A DNA stretch of 64,000 nucleotides from Takakia lepidozioides. Its lineage: Eukaryota > Plantae > Bryophyta. Numbering within the stretch: position 1 is the first letter of the stretch; every line of letters begins with the position of its first letter. This document shows, piece by piece, positions 61,861 to 64,000 of this stretch. A program made the position numbers and the translations under genes. Under the pieces are notes generated by a model. It did no database searches, was not told where the DNA came from, and saw nothing but the letters and a program-made list of their open reading frames with translations. The stretch lies in assembly GCA_030704615.1 (NCBI GenBank), contig CM060732.1, forward strand, positions 42,036,001 to 42,100,000. Reading direction: 5' to 3'.

Positions 61861-63334
61861 TCAGGCCAATTGAATAGCCCCCGTCATGAAATGCTTCACA
61901 ACATTTTCTAGTTTGTACCGTAACTCTACTGTGTCTACACACAAGTTTTTCAGAGCGGAAGCAAAACAGGTTCCAGTAGACATATCGTTGAACAGGCTTG
62001 CATCGAACGTGTTACCCCCATTTATTACCTGGGCTATCTTCCCAATTGCAAAGGTCTCTGATGGCACGGTTTAGAGGGGGCCTACGAGGTGTGCCATCTG
62101 ACTGGTTGTTGGTTACATTATGAACAATTGCAATTTCAGGTGCAATCCACCATCTATGTGCGAGAGTCTTTATCATCTTGTCTCTGCTCTCGAAAATGTA
62201 CAACGTGGTTTTTGGGTCATCCGTCGCGGAGGCCACCCCCCAATCGCATACCCCGATGTACACATCTTCAGACTCTTGTGGAAAATGCAACAAGATGTTG
62301 TCGGGGGACATGTCGTTGTGTAAGAGGTGGTGACTATGGACGTTGAGCATGATGTGCAAAAGCGCACATGCCAATTGGGTGCGATTCTGTCGGAATCGAA
62401 CCAGTCGGTTGACCTCCTGCATTTTCTACTCCGTCCCCCGTTGTTCCATTAACTCCCTGTTATCCCGATCATTATCCCATTTCCTATCAATACTCAACTA
62501 TGATCGTATGGTCCCCCCATTCCACCAATGTGTGTAACCTCCATTTCGACGTGGATGCAATGCAAAATTCTTTATGATGCCGAAATGATGGAACTTTACA
62601 GCCAACGCCTCATTGTTATGTTGGACTTTGGCAAGCTTATCATTTGTTTCCCTGGGCGTTTTCCCTGCTAGCTCCCAAGATGGAGGAATGAATTGATTCC
62701 TAACAATTCTAACCCTCCGAAATGTACCATACCCTCCCTGTTTGGGCGCGTCGAGTTGTTGTACCTGTGCGTTTGTGGATATGTGTCTCACGTTCAATGC
62801 CACATCCGCGGACGAGGACCTTGTCTTCCATGAGAGTGGTTTCATACGTCGTTTGGCGTGGGCCTTTGCCATGTCAGACCACCAATCCACAAACACAAAC
62901 AACTCCTCCTCCGAAGTTGGCATGCGACCTTCAGCTACAGGTGTTCTCATAACAAACTTGTCCATGGTTTGCCTCAGATTCCATGTGACATCATGGGTCC
63001 GGTCCTCCATCCATTTCGTGAACTGGAACTTTGCCCTGTCCTCCTCCCATTCATCCCCGGCCAAAGCCTCCCTCATTCTCATCTCCATATTGTGCTGGAA
63101 TCTAAGGAACCCCTCATTCCCATGTCGGACATACAAAAGATTCAAACGCATTATGTCATTGTCTTTCAAATAATCCAGCACTACTTGCTTTACCACCTTT
63201 GCGGCCTCTGCGCTTGGATAGTCTTTTTTGTTGACCTGACTATCCCGTTCATGTGCATGTTTACGCTTCCTACCTTTACGCCCACTTCCCGAGGAACCCC
63301 CTGACACTGCGTTCGAAGCAACGTTTCTAGACAT
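61861..63334 (-). pseudogene. Intronless atypical protein kinase pseudogene
   Basis: QGGYGTF (Gly loop), LAGK (VAIK-like), NEAL (helix C), LLHNDMSPDNILL (catalytic loop), VCDWG (DFG-like), WIAPE; two in-frame stops and a frameshift near 62070. TATA-like TATATAAG upstream at ~63620-63627 (-). Confidence 0.88.
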
Positions 63335-64000
63335 GATGAAAGTACTCTACGGAATAGACGTGGCTTTGTAACGGAAAACTAAACCCAGACTATTGATAAC
63401 CTTATATATTAGCAGACCAATTTCCTCACCCTCTATTGGTATAGTACCCAAAGCAAACTCTCCCACAGTCCCAGGAAAAAAAAAAAAAAACTCATCCCTC
63501 ACACAAATCCACTTTCTCCCCTCCCCATGCTTAGTCCTGGCCACCGTTCAAACTCCAAGAAGCCCCAGAACCACACTCATAGAGAGGTAAAAAAGTGGGT
63601 TGGGAATGAGGGGTATGCCCTTATATACTGCCTGGAAAGACCTGGCGCGCGGCCGCCTCTGCTGCCCATTCACGCCTTGCCACGTGTCCAGGGAGCGGTC
63701 GCACCTATGGGTGGTCGCAGCTGCTTTCCTTCTCTGCGATGCCGAATTAGCGACGTCTAGGGGTTGCAAAGTACGACCTCCGGACGTCACTGTTTAGGGG
63801 GATACATTTGAATTTAGGTGGGAAAATTTGAATTTGAATTTCAAAAACTTGTTGACCATTGACTCCGGCGTTGACCATTGACTCCGTCCAATGGCAATAC
63901 GTTCATTGTTCTACATATATTAGGCAATGCATACTTGAACCTAGGACCTCCACGTTATAACATTTCTAAGATACTACAGACTAACCAACACACTTACAAT

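Overview
Eukaryotic nuclear DNA from a land plant, most likely a non-seed plant such as a bryophyte (inference from GT-AG multi-exon genes, PLS/DYW PPR editing-factor pseudogenes, euAP2-type genes with no visible miR172 site, and a half-tRNA-primed Ty1/copia). 0.5-21 kb: two intact but strongly diverged, tandemly duplicated euAP2-like transcription factor genes whose 3' flanks still align. 26.7-35.2 kb: a copia with non-canonical TA..TA LTRs, interrupted by a younger, defective copia. 35.6-38.4 kb: a gypsy remnant carrying a tRNA-derived SINE with a 13-bp TSD; two more members of this SINE family lie near 9.1 and 12.5 kb. 38.8-60.3 kb: PPR/DYW pseudogene pieces interleaved with the most unusual part of the window, a decayed multi-gene mobile-element-like block (about 40-56.5 kb, probably continuing 60.4-64 kb). 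It carries a Cys-rich (Sola-like) transposase fragment, a large spliced gene with CTD-like repeats, a ParB/Srx-like motif and a degenerate DNA-methyltransferase-like motif, a DUF659/hAT transposase, a RING-H2 gene and a protein kinase. Its cis features are eight copies of a 24-bp palindrome (AACCTCCACTG-NN-CAGTGGAGGTT) in apparent introns around the ParB-like gene, exact 120-bp repeat arrays and an ~870-bp inverted repeat. All domain calls were made by eye; no database searches were run.
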